From: an uncultured delta proteobacterium
GTDB taxonomy: Bacteria > Desulfobacterota > Syntrophia > Syntrophales > UBA2192
Assembly (NCBI GenBank): GCA_963705165.1
Contig: CAVPJD010000020.1
Location: forward strand, 12,155 to 76,154
Length of the DNA stretch: 64,000 bases
Reading direction: 5' to 3'
A model generated the notes under the pieces. It saw only the letters and a list, made by a program, of their open reading frames with translations. It was not told where the DNA came from and searched no databases. Below are positions 11,435 to 23,216 of the stretch, in pieces. Both the position numbers and the translations under genes were made by a program. How positions within the stretch are numbered: the first letter of the stretch is position 1; the number at the start of each line of letters is the position of its first letter.

Positions 11435-11881
11435 CTACTTACCCCGATAGCGTTTGTACTTCATGTCAACACCCGTCGGGGTGGTGAGGGTCAGATCCCC
11501 CTTCGTGACGGCATAGCGCCACGTCAGGGTACTGCCATTTTTCATCGTGATCTCGAGTTGATCCCTGTCGAGAATGCGGTAGCTCCCCGGGTAGACGACC
11601 CTCTCCACGGCACTGTACAAGTTGACCGTGTCGTCACCAAGAAACTCGATCGTGTCGTCTCCCTGGGCCTGACGCTTCCATTTGCCGAGCAGCATCTCCT
11701 TCGCCTCGGCCCGGATCGTCTCCGACTCATCGGGGACGGGTGGCAGAGAGGGTGCGGCCGTTTCCGGTTGCTGTGAGGGCTCCTGGGGTTTTACGGCCCC
11801 CTCCTGCAGGATGCCGGCACAGCCCAAAAGGGCAAACAGCAAAAACAGGCCGATGATACCGCAGAAAGATGATTTCTTCAT
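11435..11881 (-). CDS. Lipoprotein of unknown function (lipocalin-like beta domain)
   Basis: Lipobox LLGC, Pro-rich linker, then LLGKW..GSYRI. Confidence 0.75.
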   Translation of the reverse strand: MKKSSFCGIIGLFLLFALLGCAGILQEGAVKPQEPSQQPETAAPSLPPVPDESETIRAEAKEMLLGKWKRQAQGDDTIEFLGDDTVNLYSAVERVVYPGSYRILDRDQLEITMKNGSTLTWRYAVTKGDLTLTTPTGVDMKYKRYRGK

Positions 11882-11938
11882 GTTTTTCCGTTCCCCCCTC
11901 CGAGCGTCCCCGTTTGCGCACAGAGCGGTCGTTATATC

Positions 11939-13246
11939 TCACGTCCCGGGACGTTCCGCAAGATGGAACTCATCGTAGCGGTCGATGAGGCGGTTGAGGT
12001 AGCGCGATCTCATCTGTCTGGATGCGAGGGCCCGCTTCATCGGGGGCAGTTTCAGGATGGCCCCCAGGATGGATGCCATGGCCCGGTGGCTCCGGAGGGC
12101 CTGGGTGTCGAAAATCAGGTTCTGGAGCTTGTCACGCTCGACGGCCATGAGAAGAAGCCGGCGCGCCGAGTCGAGTGGCGTGATCACCCTTTCGGGGCGG
12201 CTTGTCAGGGTCATCGCGCCCGCCTTGCAGTTCCGGACGCAGACGCCGCACCCCAGGCAGGCGTCCTCGTCGACGCGGGCCTTCTTCTTCGTGCGCTTGC
12301 GCGGATCCGCGGCGGAGATCAGGGAAACGGCCCCGATGGGGCAGACGCCTGCGCATTGGCCGCACCCCGTGCATTTCCCCTCGTCCAGGTTGGGCAGGTA
12401 ATTCGTCGTGTGGACGGGGTGCAGGTGCGCAAACTTCCGGGCGGCGATCATGGCCTCGCAGCAGCAGCCGCAGCAATTGCAGATGAAGCTCACCTGTCGC
12501 TGCACGTTTTCGCCGAACTGGACGAGGTTGTTCTCGTAGGCCCGCTCCAGATGGCCCATGCACTCCGATGCCGTCACGGGTCGCACGATCCCGTGGCGGA
12601 TGAGCGAGTCCGCAGCCCTGTTGAAGGTCATGCAGATGTCCATGGGGGCCTCGCAGGCGCGCCCCACATGACCCATCTTGTGGCGGCAGTAGCACATGGC
12701 GATCCCGATGTGAGAGGCCGTTTGGATGATGTGGCTTGCCCGCTCGTAGTCCAGGACGTGGATTCCGCTGTCTGGCGCAAGGGCGGGCTCATGGACGAGG
12801 GCGCGGCCCAGCTGGGTTTCGCCGGCCACGAAGAGGGCCTTGATGAAATCCTCCTCCACGTTGATGTACTGGTAGTAGAGTTCGCTCAGGGCCTTCTGGT
12901 CGAGATCGGCCCGCAGGCGCATCAGCGAAAATTCGAAGAAGCCCGCCATCGGCGGCGGCATGATATAGATGCGGTTGCCGTTCTCTTCGATGTCCAGGAG
13001 GATGCCCCGATCGGCAAGCCCGTCCAGGATGCCTTCGGCCTCACGTTCCCCCACGTTCCATACCGCAGCGGCCTTGCGGGCATCGAAAGGACGGATGGGC
13101 AGCTGAGAGACGAGCCCCGCTTCCTTTTCCGAGAAGAGCATCTTGAGGATCCCGTAGAGGAGCTCCGAGGGCGGGGCGCCCTGTGGAAACAGGTTGATGC
13201 GCTCCGTGAGGCGCTGGTAGGCGTTCTTGAGGTGCTGATGGGCCAT
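11939..13246 (-). CDS. 4Fe-4S dicluster-containing protein
   Basis: Motifs CYCR, ICNCCGCCC, CTGCGQCAGVCP and CLGCGVCVRNC; GGAGGT SD. Confidence 0.9.
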   Translation of the reverse strand: MAHQHLKNAYQRLTERINLFPQGAPPSELLYGILKMLFSEKEAGLVSQLPIRPFDARKAAAVWNVGEREAEGILDGLADRGILLDIEENGNRIYIMPPPMAGFFEFSLMRLRADLDQKALSELYYQYINVEEDFIKALFVAGETQLGRALVHEPALAPDSGIHVLDYERASHIIQTASHIGIAMCYCRHKMGHVGRACEAPMDICMTFNRAADSLIRHGIVRPVTASECMGHLERAYENNLVQFGENVQRQVSFICNCCGCCCEAMIAARKFAHLHPVHTTNYLPNLDEGKCTGCGQCAGVCPIGAVSLISAADPRKRTKKKARVDEDACLGCGVCVRNCKAGAMTLTSRPERVITPLDSARRLLLMAVERDKLQNLIFDTQALRSHRAMASILGAILKLPPMKRALASRQMRSRYLNRLIDRYDEFHLAERPGT

Positions 13247-13289
13247 GGCCGGAATCCACCTCCAGTCAAATTGTCGGATAACTTGACAA

Positions 13290-13356
13290 CAGTTTACCAG
13301 AAAGGGTGGCCCGCTGGCAACCCCCGGTCCGTAAGCCAACGACCGTTGACCGGACG
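13290..13356 (-). ncRNA. Candidate cis-regulatory RNA resembling the DUF1646 / Na+ riboswitch
   Basis: Minus strand CCGGTC..GACCGG hairpin, then GGTTGCCAGCGG..TCTGGTAAACTG, about 45 nt upstream of the start codon. The family match is from memory only. Confidence 0.4.
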
Positions 13357-13537
13357 GTAAGAAGGTCCGAGTTAAGCTTGGATCAGGCTGCGAAGATTGG
13401 AGCATCGGAATGAGGAAGAGCGGATAATACACGATTCATCCAGCCCTCTTCTGCCCTCAAGCGCCTCTCACCTTCCTGTTGTTGCAGGTCGCCTTTCACC
13501 CGGCTCCTGTCGGACAGCCGGAGACAGGCAAGAACGG

Positions 13538-13566
13538 TTGACAGCACCCCCCTTTCCCGATATGAG
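13538..13566 (+). promoter_or_regulatory. Putative sigma70 promoter for hrpA
   Basis: TTGACA - 17 bp - TATGAG. Confidence 0.5.
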
Positions 13567-13587
13567 GGCTTCAACGCAGAAACGGGG

Positions 13588-16500
13588 ATGAAACGCTTGC
13601 CATCGTCAGCGGAACTATTAAAGCGCCTCCGGGCAAAGTTCCACACCGCCATGCGGGCCGACCGGGTCGGTCTGCTGCGCGAGATGGGAAAGCTGCAGGG
13701 GATGAGGAAGCCCGAGGAGCTCGCCCAGGGGATCGCACGGCTGGAAAAGAAGCTCGCCGTCGCCGCCGCGAAGAAGGAGAGGCGCAGAAACGCTCTGCCA
13801 CGCATCAGCATCCCCGAAGCCCTGCCGATTGCGGCGAGGCGGGCCGACATCGTCGATGCGATCCGCAAAAACCCCGTCGTCATCATCACGGGGGAGACGG
13901 GTTCGGGAAAGACGACGCAGATCCCCAAGATGTGCCTCGAGGCGGGCCGCGGTGTCGACGGAAGGATCGGCTGTACCCAGCCCCGGAGGATCGCCGCCGT
14001 CACGGTGAGCCAGCGCATCGCCGAGGAGATGGGCGAGGATCCCGGCCGGTCGGTGGGCTACAAGATCCGTTTCGAGGATCGCACCTCCGCCGATGCCTTC
14101 ATCAAAATCATGACGGACGGCATCCTCCTCATGGAGGCCCAGGCCGACCCCTTCCTCAACGAGTACGACACGATCATCGTCGACGAGGCCCACGAGCGCA
14201 GCCTCAACATCGACTTCGTCCTGGGGATCCTGAAAAATCTCCTTCGAAAGCGCAGGGATCTCAAGGTCGTCATCACCTCCGCCACGATCGACACGGAGAA
14301 GTTCTCCGCCGCCTTCGGGGGGGCCCCCATCCTCGAGGTCTCGGGCCGCATGTACCCCGTGGACATCCGCTACGAACCCCTGGAGGAGGCCCTGGAGGAG
14401 CGCGAGGAGATTACCCATGTCGAGGCCGCAGTGAGGGCCGTCGACGGGATCATCGACGCGGACGAGGGCGGCGACATCCTCGTCTTCATGCCCACGGAGC
14501 AGGACATCCGCGAGGCCTGCGATCTGCTCGAGGGGCGGGAACACCGTGGGGTGAAGACCCTGCCCATGTTCGCGCGGCTTTCCTCGCAGGACCAGCGTCG
14601 TGTCTTTTTCCCGATGCGGGAGCGCAAGATCGTCGTGGCCACCAACGTCGCCGAGACCTCCATCACCATCCCCGGCATCCGCTTCGTCATCGACACGGGG
14701 CTTGCCCGGATCTCCTACTACAACCCCAGGACGAGGACCTCGAGCCTTCCCGTCCGTCCCGTTTCCCGAAGCAGCGCCGACCAGCGGGCGGGCCGATGCG
14801 GGCGCGTGGAGCACGGCGTGTGCATCCGCCTCTATTCAAGGGAGGACTACGAGAGCCGGGCGCCCTACACGGCCCCCGAGATCCTGCGCTCCAACCTGGC
14901 CGAGGTCATCCTGAGGATGCTCGCCCTGCGGATCGACAACCCCGCCGCCTTCCCCTTCGTCGATCCGCCGGCGCCCAAGAACATCCGCGGGGGTTACGAC
15001 ATCCTCGAGGAACTCGGCGCCATCGAGCTGGAAAACGGGGAGGATGGGGCCGGGCGTTACCGCCTCACGGCCCGGGGCCGCAGGATGGCCCGCCTGCCCC
15101 TCGACCCCCGGATTTCCCGTATGATCCTCGAGGCCGAAACGGAAGGTTGCCTGGGGGAGATCCTCGTCATCGCGGCGGCGCTCAGCACCCAGGACCCGCG
15201 GGAGCGGCCTGCCGGGAAGGCGAAGGAAGCCGACGGGGCCCAGGCTCTCTTCGTCAACCCTTCCTCGGATTTTCTCACCCTGATCAATATCTGGGAGCGC
15301 TTCCACGAAAACGGCCCCGGCGCAAAATCCCCGGGCCGCCTCCGAAAATACTGCCGCGACCACTTCCTTTCCTTTCGCCGGATGAAGGAGTGGCGGGACG
15401 TCCATGGCCAGCTCCGGGAGATTGTCGAGGAGGAGGCCCCCCTGCCCGGGGAGAAGCACCCCGCAAAGAAACAGGGGGGCGATCCCCAGGCCTGGTACGG
15501 CCGGATTCACCGCTCGGTGCTGAGCGGCTACCTTTCGAACATCGCCGTGAAGAAGGAGAAAAACACCTACGGCGCCACGGGCGGCCGCCAGGTCGTGGTC
15601 TTCCCCGGCTCGGGTCTCTACAACCGCGGCGGCGACTGGATCGTGGCAGCGGAGCTCGTGGAGACGACACAGCTCTTTGCCCGCACGGCCGCCAACATCG
15701 ACAGGGAGTGGCTCGAGGTCCTGGGCGGAAGCCTCTGCCGCTCGATTTACCTCAATCCCCGCTGGGACCGAAAACGCGGCGAGGTGACGGCCCTCGAGCG
15801 GGTGAGCCTCTACGGGCTCGTGATCGTCGAGGAAAGGCGTGCCTCCTACGGCCGCATCGATCCGCAGCAGGCTACCGAAATCTTCATCCGCGAGGCCCTC
15901 GTGCCGGCAGAGATGGAGCGGCCCCTGCCTTTTCTCGCCCACAACCGCGACCTCATCGAACGCATCCGGGATATGGAGAACAGGCTCCGCAGGCGGACGT
16001 TTTTGACCACGGACGACGTCCTGGCCGGCTTCTACGAGGAGCGGCTCCAGGACGTCTACGACGTCCGGACCCTCCAGAGAATGGTCAGAGACCGGGGGAG
16101 CGATTCGTTTCTGCGAATGACCGAGGAGGACGTTCTCCGTCAGGCCCCGGACCCGGCGGAGCTTTCCCTTTACCCGGACACCGTTTCCTCGGGCAGGCTT
16201 GCGCTACCGCTTTCCTACCGGTTCCGCCCGGGAGAAACCGACGACGGGGTTACCCTGAAGCTCCCGGCAAGCGCGCTCACGCGCCTGCGGCCCGAGGCCG
16301 TCGAGTGGGCCGTCCCGGGGCTCTTGCAGGAACGGGTCACGGCGCTGGTCAAGGCCCTGCCCCGCGACATCCGCAGGCACCTCATTCCCATCCCGCAGTC
16401 GGTGGAAACGCTCCTGCGGGAGATGAAGCGCGGCGAGGGGTCGCTGCCCGCGGCCCTCTCGGAGTGCCTGAAGCGCAAGTTCTGGCTGGACGTCCCCCTT

Positions 16501-17565
16501 GCGGCCTGGGACCTGGGGGGGCTGCCCGATCACCTCAAGCTCCGCTACGCCGTCGTGGACCCGAAGGGCAAAGAACTCCGCTCGACCCGCGACCTCGAAT
16601 CCCTGAGAAAGGACCGTCTCGAAGAGGAGGAATCACGGGCCTTCAGCCGGGCCAGGGCAGCCTGGGAGAGGACAGGGATCGTCCGCTGGGAGTTTCCCGA
16701 TCTCCCCGAGGAGATCCCCGAGGAAATCCGGCTGGACGCGGAAAACGTCCTCGAGGGAGTCGCCTGCCCGGCTCTCGTCCCCGCCGGCGAGGCCGTCGAC
16801 CTTCGGCTCATGCGAAACCGCAGGGAGGCCGACAAATCCCACCGGGCTGGCGTAAAGATGCTCCTGGCCCTTCACTTCCGAAAAGATCTGGAGCTCGCCC
16901 GCCGTTACCTTGCTCTCCGGGGAGAGATGAAGGTCTGGTCCGCCTATTTCGGCGGGACGAAGGCGCTGGAGGAGGCCCTCTTCCAGGGCCTTGTCCGCCG
17001 TCACCTGGAAAAGGACATCCGGACCCGGCAGGAATTCGAAGAGTACGCCCGCTTGCTCGGGCCGACTCTCCTCAAGGCGCCGCAGGAACTTCTCGGGGAG
17101 GTGGAATCCGTTCTTCGCGCTCATCACGAGACGCGCCAGGCCCTGGCGGGCATCGAAGCGGCAAACCTCACGAACCGCACGGTTCTCAACTTCCTCGAGG
17201 AGATGCGCACCGAGCTTCAGCGGCTCCTGCCCCTGTCTTTTCTTGAAATCTACGACCGGGAGCGCCTCCCCCAGGTGATCCGTTACCTCAAGGCGCTCCA
17301 GGTCCGTGCCGAGAGGGGCGCCGTGCACATCGACAAGGACCTGGGCCGTCTCGCCGAGATCCGCCCCTACGAGGATAAACTGGAGGAGTTCCGGAAAGGC
17401 ATCGCCCCGTCCGCGCCGGAGCAGAGGCTCCGGGCCATCGACGAGTACCGGTGGATGGTGGAGGAGTACCGGGTGTCGCTCTTTGCCCAGGGGCTGAAGA
17501 CCCCCTACCCCGTTTCGCCGAAACGACTGCAGGAGAAGATCCGCGAGATCGAAGGACTGGCGTAA
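13588..17565 (+). CDS. hrpA: ATP-dependent RNA helicase HrpA
   Basis: Motifs GETGSGKTTQ, DEAHER, SAT and QRAGRCGR; C-terminal WMVEEYRVSLFAQ; 1325 aa. Confidence 0.97.
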   Translation: MKRLPSSAELLKRLRAKFHTAMRADRVGLLREMGKLQGMRKPEELAQGIARLEKKLAVAAAKKERRRNALPRISIPEALPIAARRADIVDAIRKNPVVIITGETGSGKTTQIPKMCLEAGRGVDGRIGCTQPRRIAAVTVSQRIAEEMGEDPGRSVGYKIRFEDRTSADAFIKIMTDGILLMEAQADPFLNEYDTIIVDEAHERSLNIDFVLGILKNLLRKRRDLKVVITSATIDTEKFSAAFGGAPILEVSGRMYPVDIRYEPLEEALEEREEITHVEAAVRAVDGIIDADEGGDILVFMPTEQDIREACDLLEGREHRGVKTLPMFARLSSQDQRRVFFPMRERKIVVATNVAETSITIPGIRFVIDTGLARISYYNPRTRTSSLPVRPVSRSSADQRAGRCGRVEHGVCIRLYSREDYESRAPYTAPEILRSNLAEVILRMLALRIDNPAAFPFVDPPAPKNIRGGYDILEELGAIELENGEDGAGRYRLTARGRRMARLPLDPRISRMILEAETEGCLGEILVIAAALSTQDPRERPAGKAKEADGAQALFVNPSSDFLTLINIWERFHENGPGAKSPGRLRKYCRDHFLSFRRMKEWRDVHGQLREIVEEEAPLPGEKHPAKKQGGDPQAWYGRIHRSVLSGYLSNIAVKKEKNTYGATGGRQVVVFPGSGLYNRGGDWIVAAELVETTQLFARTAANIDREWLEVLGGSLCRSIYLNPRWDRKRGEVTALERVSLYGLVIVEERRASYGRIDPQQATEIFIREALVPAEMERPLPFLAHNRDLIERIRDMENRLRRRTFLTTDDVLAGFYEERLQDVYDVRTLQRMVRDRGSDSFLRMTEEDVLRQAPDPAELSLYPDTVSSGRLALPLSYRFRPGETDDGVTLKLPASALTRLRPEAVEWAVPGLLQERVTALVKALPRDIRRHLIPIPQSVETLLREMKRGEGSLPAALSECLKRKFWLDVPLAAWDLGGLPDHLKLRYAVVDPKGKELRSTRDLESLRKDRLEEEESRAFSRARAAWERTGIVRWEFPDLPEEIPEEIRLDAENVLEGVACPALVPAGEAVDLRLMRNRREADKSHRAGVKMLLALHFRKDLELARRYLALRGEMKVWSAYFGGTKALEEALFQGLVRRHLEKDIRTRQEFEEYARLLGPTLLKAPQELLGEVESVLRAHHETRQALAGIEAANLTNRTVLNFLEEMRTELQRLLPLSFLEIYDRERLPQVIRYLKALQVRAERGAVHIDKDLGRLAEIRPYEDKLEEFRKGIAPSAPEQRLRAIDEYRWMVEEYRVSLFAQGLKTPYPVSPKRLQEKIREIEGLA

Positions 17566-17667
17566 AATTTTGCTGGGATTTCGGGGGCGGATGTAATAAA
17601 GGATAGTGTTTGGAAGACTGGGTGACTCTGCATCCACTTGGGCCTCACCCGACAAGGAAAGACATCC

Positions 17668-18051
17668 ATGGAAAAGAAGCTCCTCATCGTGGATGACGAG
17701 TTGAGCGTCAGGGAGTTATTCAAGGATTTCTTCAGCGCCTCGGGCTACCAGGTCCTGACGGCGGAGGGCGCAGAAAACGCCCTCGAGATCCTCCGGGATG
17801 AGGAGATCGACATGATCTTTCTGGACCTGAGGCTCTTCGGAACGAACGGGCTGGAGTTGGGCCGGCAGATCCGCAGGGAAAAGCCCCTCTCCATTCTCTT
17901 TGCCATCACGGGGTGGGCCGGTCTCTTCGAGGTTGAGGAGTGCCGGGAGGCCGGCTTCGACGACTTTTTCATCAAGCCCGTCCAGTTCGACATGCTCCTG
18001 AAAGCCGTCGAGGAAGCCTTCGACCGGGTCGAGCGATGGAGGAAAAGGTAG
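17668..18051 (+). CDS. Single-domain response regulator (CheY-like receiver)
   Basis: Motifs LIVDDE, FLD, ITG and FIKP. Confidence 0.92.
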   Translation: MEKKLLIVDDELSVRELFKDFFSASGYQVLTAEGAENALEILRDEEIDMIFLDLRLFGTNGLELGRQIRREKPLSILFAITGWAGLFEVEECREAGFDDFFIKPVQFDMLLKAVEEAFDRVERWRKR

Positions 18052-18070
18052 GTTTCGCACTGTCGCAGGC

Positions 18071-18098
18071 TTGACAACCGGGCAAGCGTCCTTACTTT
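18071..18098 (+). promoter_or_regulatory. Putative sigma70 promoter for groEL
   Basis: TTGACA - 16 bp - TACTTT. Confidence 0.5.
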
Positions 18099-18173
18099 AG
18101 CATGGCCGCGAAACGCGGACGTTTTTCCAGCCTTTGAAAAATAGAAACATCTTTCCACAATATATCGAAGTAA

Positions 18174-19793
<1,620 letters not shown>

Positions 19794-19831
19794 GAAGCAC
19801 CGGCACCATCACACCGCATAGAAGCGTTCCG

Positions 19832-19868
19832 GCCCCCGGGGGAGTTCACCCTTCCCCGGGGGCTTTTC
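19832..19868 (+). terminator. Intrinsic terminator after groEL
   Basis: GCCCCCGGGGGAG..CTTCCCCGGGGGC followed by TTTTC. Confidence 0.7.
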
Positions 19869-19912
19869 TCTCAAAAACACCAGGACAACCGGGAGGAGCA
19901 GCGGGACGTACC

Positions 19913-21619
19913 ATGAATCACCCATCGAAGCCCCTTTCAACGGACAACATCGTCGAGATCCCCGCCTTGCGCGGGAAGGATCTGCTGCGGGAGTTCGACA
20001 GCCTCGACGGCGGGGAGATCCTGGAGCGCATCCTCCACGACAAGAACCCCCGCAAGGTGGTCGAGGAATTTCCCGCCGGGGATTTTTTCTGGCTCATCAA
20101 GAAGATCGGAAGCGACGACTCTCTGGCGCTGCTGGAGCTTGCCACACCGGAGCAGTGGCAATATATCCTCGATATGGAGATCTGGGACCGCGACGAGATC
20201 AACACCGCCGAGTCCCTGTCCTGGCTGAGGCGGCTCTTCGAGGCCGACAGCCGCAAAACGATTGCCTGGCTGCTGGAAGAGGGAAGCGCCCTGGCCTTTT
20301 ATATTCTACAGAAGAGCCTCGAGGTGATGGCCCGGGAGGAGGACGACAACGAGGTCGAGATCCCCGAGGGGTTCTTCACCCACGAGGGGGTCCTGTATTT
20401 GAGGGCCGTTGACGCGGAGTTCGAGCCTTTTCTCCGGGAGCTCACGGGCGCCATCGCCGCGGCCAGTATGCCTGCTTTTCATTCCCTGATGTCCAGCCTT
20501 GCCGGCGTGATCCCCTCGGAGCTCGAAGACGGAATGTCCCGGATGAGAAACGTACGCCTGGCCGAATACGGGTTTCTTCCCTTTGACGAGGCCATCTCCA
20601 TCTATTCGCCCCTTTCGCTCGAACAGATGAACCTCGCAGGAAAGCCTGCCGCAATCGTCGACATCATGGCCGATGAAGAAGCCCGGGCCCTGATCCCCTT
20701 TCTGCCACTTCACGAGGGGCCGCAGGGAAGCTTCCTGCAGGAGGCGCTGAGAGCCGTGAAAGACCCCCTCATTCAGGACCGGATGCGCCTGGAATTCGCG
20801 GGGCTTGCAAATCAGATCGCGTCGGTCGAGGGGCTCGCCCGCATGGAGTTGACCAGTCTGGTCCAAACGACCCGGAAGGCCGCCGGTTATCTCAACATCG
20901 CACTGGAGGAAATGACGGGAAGGGAGCCCGGCCGCGCGGGCACTCTGCTGGAGAGCAACACCCTGACATCGATTTTCCGCGCCGGATTCGGGCTGGTTCT
21001 CCGCGCAAAACGAGTGGCCGAGACCTGGATCAGAATGGCCTGGTTCCGCAGGAACGGGTTTGCAGACGGTTTCTGGGGCGATGAACGGGGTTCGCTGTTA
21101 TCGGGCATCCTGCTGAAGAAGCCCCTGCTGTACACCGGATTGCAGAAAGGGGAGATCTACCGGGATTTCGCCGGTGCCGACGACCTCACCCGGGCAAGCA
21201 AGGCCCTCATGGGACTGATCGCCCTGGACGGGCTGATGGATGCCCTGACAAAAAAAAGGCCTCTTGCCCCCGAGGATTCCGGGCGGGAGGATCTGACCTG
21301 TTTCCACCTCCTGTTCACGTTCTGGGCCCGCCGGCGACTCGGGCTCGAGTCCGGATTTGCGGCGATCGAGCCTGGAGAGGCCCGGGCCTTTTTCGCGATC
21401 CTTCGTGAGGGCGAGACGGCACCCCCTTACCGGATGACCCCTTTCCGGGAAGTTTTCATCGAGGACATGCTCGGGTTTGCGTCAGTGCTGCCCGACGATC
21501 TTCGGGCCGCCCTGCGTGAGGAGCTATCCAATATCTGGGAGGAATTCCGGGCCGAATACGAGGAAGTCCCCCCCGCCGACACGGACATGAAACACAATCC
21601 GTTCCTCATTATCAGTTGA
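19913..21619 (+). CDS. Conserved hypothetical protein, DUF6178-like
   Basis: 568-aa ORF with GGAGG upstream; motifs ILDMEIWDRD, RLAEYGF and FRAGFG recalled from this deltaproteobacterial family. Confidence 0.65.
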   Translation: MNHPSKPLSTDNIVEIPALRGKDLLREFDSLDGGEILERILHDKNPRKVVEEFPAGDFFWLIKKIGSDDSLALLELATPEQWQYILDMEIWDRDEINTAESLSWLRRLFEADSRKTIAWLLEEGSALAFYILQKSLEVMAREEDDNEVEIPEGFFTHEGVLYLRAVDAEFEPFLRELTGAIAAASMPAFHSLMSSLAGVIPSELEDGMSRMRNVRLAEYGFLPFDEAISIYSPLSLEQMNLAGKPAAIVDIMADEEARALIPFLPLHEGPQGSFLQEALRAVKDPLIQDRMRLEFAGLANQIASVEGLARMELTSLVQTTRKAAGYLNIALEEMTGREPGRAGTLLESNTLTSIFRAGFGLVLRAKRVAETWIRMAWFRRNGFADGFWGDERGSLLSGILLKKPLLYTGLQKGEIYRDFAGADDLTRASKALMGLIALDGLMDALTKKRPLAPEDSGREDLTCFHLLFTFWARRRLGLESGFAAIEPGEARAFFAILREGETAPPYRMTPFREVFIEDMLGFASVLPDDLRAALREELSNIWEEFRAEYEEVPPADTDMKHNPFLIIS

Positions 21620-21669
21620 CTAGTTAACTAGTTGATTAGTTAATTGGGAAGAGGGAGCCGAGAGGCAAT

Positions 21670-21723
21670 AAAAAATCCCCCTCTTTCCCCCTTTTACAAA
21701 GGGGGATGAAAGGGGGATTTTTC
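21670..21723. repeat. REP-like palindromic element, copy 1
   Basis: AAAATCCCCCTCTTTCCCCCTTTTACAAAGGGGGATGAAAGGGGGATTTTT; inverted near-copy at 44701-44755. Confidence 0.85.
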
Positions 21724-21756
21724 TTTCTGCTGTTGGCTGTTGGCTGTCTTCTATTC

Positions 21757-21806
21757 CTCTACCCTTTACCCTTTACCCTCTACCCTTTACCCTGGACCCT
21801 GTCCCC
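21757..21806. repeat. Heptamer tandem repeat (TYTACCC)n
   Basis: TCTACCC/TTTACCC units, about seven copies; related tract at 47760-47792. Confidence 0.8.
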
Positions 21807-22999
21807 TAATTCTTCGTCACAAGGCGCCTGACTGCCGCCTCGAGGCCGTCCAGCGTCAGCTCATACATGGGGAAAACCTGGCGGACGATACCGATGGTGC
21901 GCACGCGATCCCACTCCCACAGAGGTGAGGGGTTAAGCCAGACGGCATGGCGGAAGAGGCCCGCCAGGAACTTGAGCCGTTCGATGCTGGGGCGGGTGCT
22001 GCGCTGCGTGTAGTCGATGGCCCCCCCGGCGTACATGAGCTCGTAGGGCGACATGCTCGCATCTCCCAGGAATATGAGCCTCGTCTCGGGGTCGCGCAGG
22101 GAAAGCTCGTCGAGGCGCTCGGGGCGGTAGAAGCGCTGGGCATCCTGCCAGACGACGTCGTAGAGCGAGTTGTGGAAGTAATAGGTCCGAAGGTCCTTGA
22201 ACTGCGAGCGGGCATAGCTGAAAAGGGTCTGGACGAGCTCGACATAGGGCTCCATGGACCAGCCGCCGTTGTCGATCATGAGTATGACCTTGAGGCGGTC
22301 CGTGAGCCGGCGGTCGAAGACGATCTCGATCTCGCCTGCGTTGCGCAGGGTCTCGCGGATCGTCTTGTCCACGTTGACGAGGTCCTTGGGGCCGGCAGGG
22401 ACCATCCGGCGAAGCCTCTTGAGGGCCTCGCCCATCTGGGCCTGGGTGAGGGGCCCGTCCTGGGAGTAATCCCGCCAGCGGCGGTCCATGGCCACCTTGA
22501 TGGCCGACTTGTTTCGCGAGACCCCGCCCACGCGCATCCCCTCGGGGTGGGTGCCCGAGTGCCCCACGGGCGAGGTGCCCCGGGTGCCGATCCAGCGGTT
22601 CCCCCCATGATGGGCTTCCGTCTGCTCCTTCAGCCGATCCAGGAAGTACTGGATGAGCTCCTCGGGAGTCATCTTGCTGAGCTTCTTCTCGTCGATGCCG
22701 AAAGCGGCGGCCACCCCTGCCGGGTCTTTCAGCCACTCCTGCAGAAGCGCCTTTGCAATGTCGGTCAGCTCGTGGGTCTCGGGGTCCTTCAGCTCAACAC
22801 CCCGGAAGTGGTGGAGGAAGACCTGGTCGTAGAGATCGAAGTAGCGCTCGCTTTTCACCAGCAGTGACCGGGCGACGGTGTAGAAATCGTCAAGCGAGGT
22901 GACGAGCCCCAGAGAGAGCGCCCTCTGGAGGCGCAGAAACGAGGTGGGCGTCACGGGGACGCCGCGGTCCCGCAGGGTGTAGAAGAATTGAATGAACAT
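21806..22999 (-). CDS. VWA-domain protein (CoxE-like), partner of the MoxR ATPase
   Basis: MIDAS-like DNGGWSM; motifs HHGGNRWIGT.GTSP.GH, YYFHN, GDASMSPYEL and WLNP. Confidence 0.85.
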   Translation of the reverse strand: MFIQFFYTLRDRGVPVTPTSFLRLQRALSLGLVTSLDDFYTVARSLLVKSERYFDLYDQVFLHHFRGVELKDPETHELTDIAKALLQEWLKDPAGVAAAFGIDEKKLSKMTPEELIQYFLDRLKEQTEAHHGGNRWIGTRGTSPVGHSGTHPEGMRVGGVSRNKSAIKVAMDRRWRDYSQDGPLTQAQMGEALKRLRRMVPAGPKDLVNVDKTIRETLRNAGEIEIVFDRRLTDRLKVILMIDNGGWSMEPYVELVQTLFSYARSQFKDLRTYYFHNSLYDVVWQDAQRFYRPERLDELSLRDPETRLIFLGDASMSPYELMYAGGAIDYTQRSTRPSIERLKFLAGLFRHAVWLNPSPLWEWDRVRTIGIVRQVFPMYELTLDGLEAAVRRLVTKN

Positions 23000-23216
23000 T
23001 TGCTGGTTTATCGTCCGTACGGGTGGCTTATTGTCATCCTGTGCCTTCAAAACCGCGAAGAGAAGAGAGGAAGAGCAGAAGCGCGGAAGAGCGGAAAGAA
23101 AACGGAAAGAAAAGTACCACTCCGATCTTCCTATCTTCCTCACTTCCTAACTTCGCCATCGCCAATCGTAAACCAGACCTAAGGCTTTCCACCTGCCACC
23201 AGTCTGGAGACTTCGC

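Noticed and set aside
16705..16728. 12-bp tandem duplication in hrpA (PEEI twice)
   Set aside because: Small in-frame slippage with no evident functional consequence.
13932..17246. 1104-aa ORF overlapping hrpA, and similar long ORFs (3190-4860 minus, 49919-51721 minus, 57774-59324 minus)
   Set aside because: Shadow or antisense frames of GC-rich genes with no motifs; the overlapping frame holds the clear family match.
18097..18125. TTAGCA upstream of groEL as a CIRCE element
   Set aside because: Only a partial left arm; no GAGTGCTAA right arm.
21620..21806. CRISPR array in the repeat-rich gaps
   Set aside because: Units are 7-8 bp in tandem with no unique spacers, and there are no cas genes.
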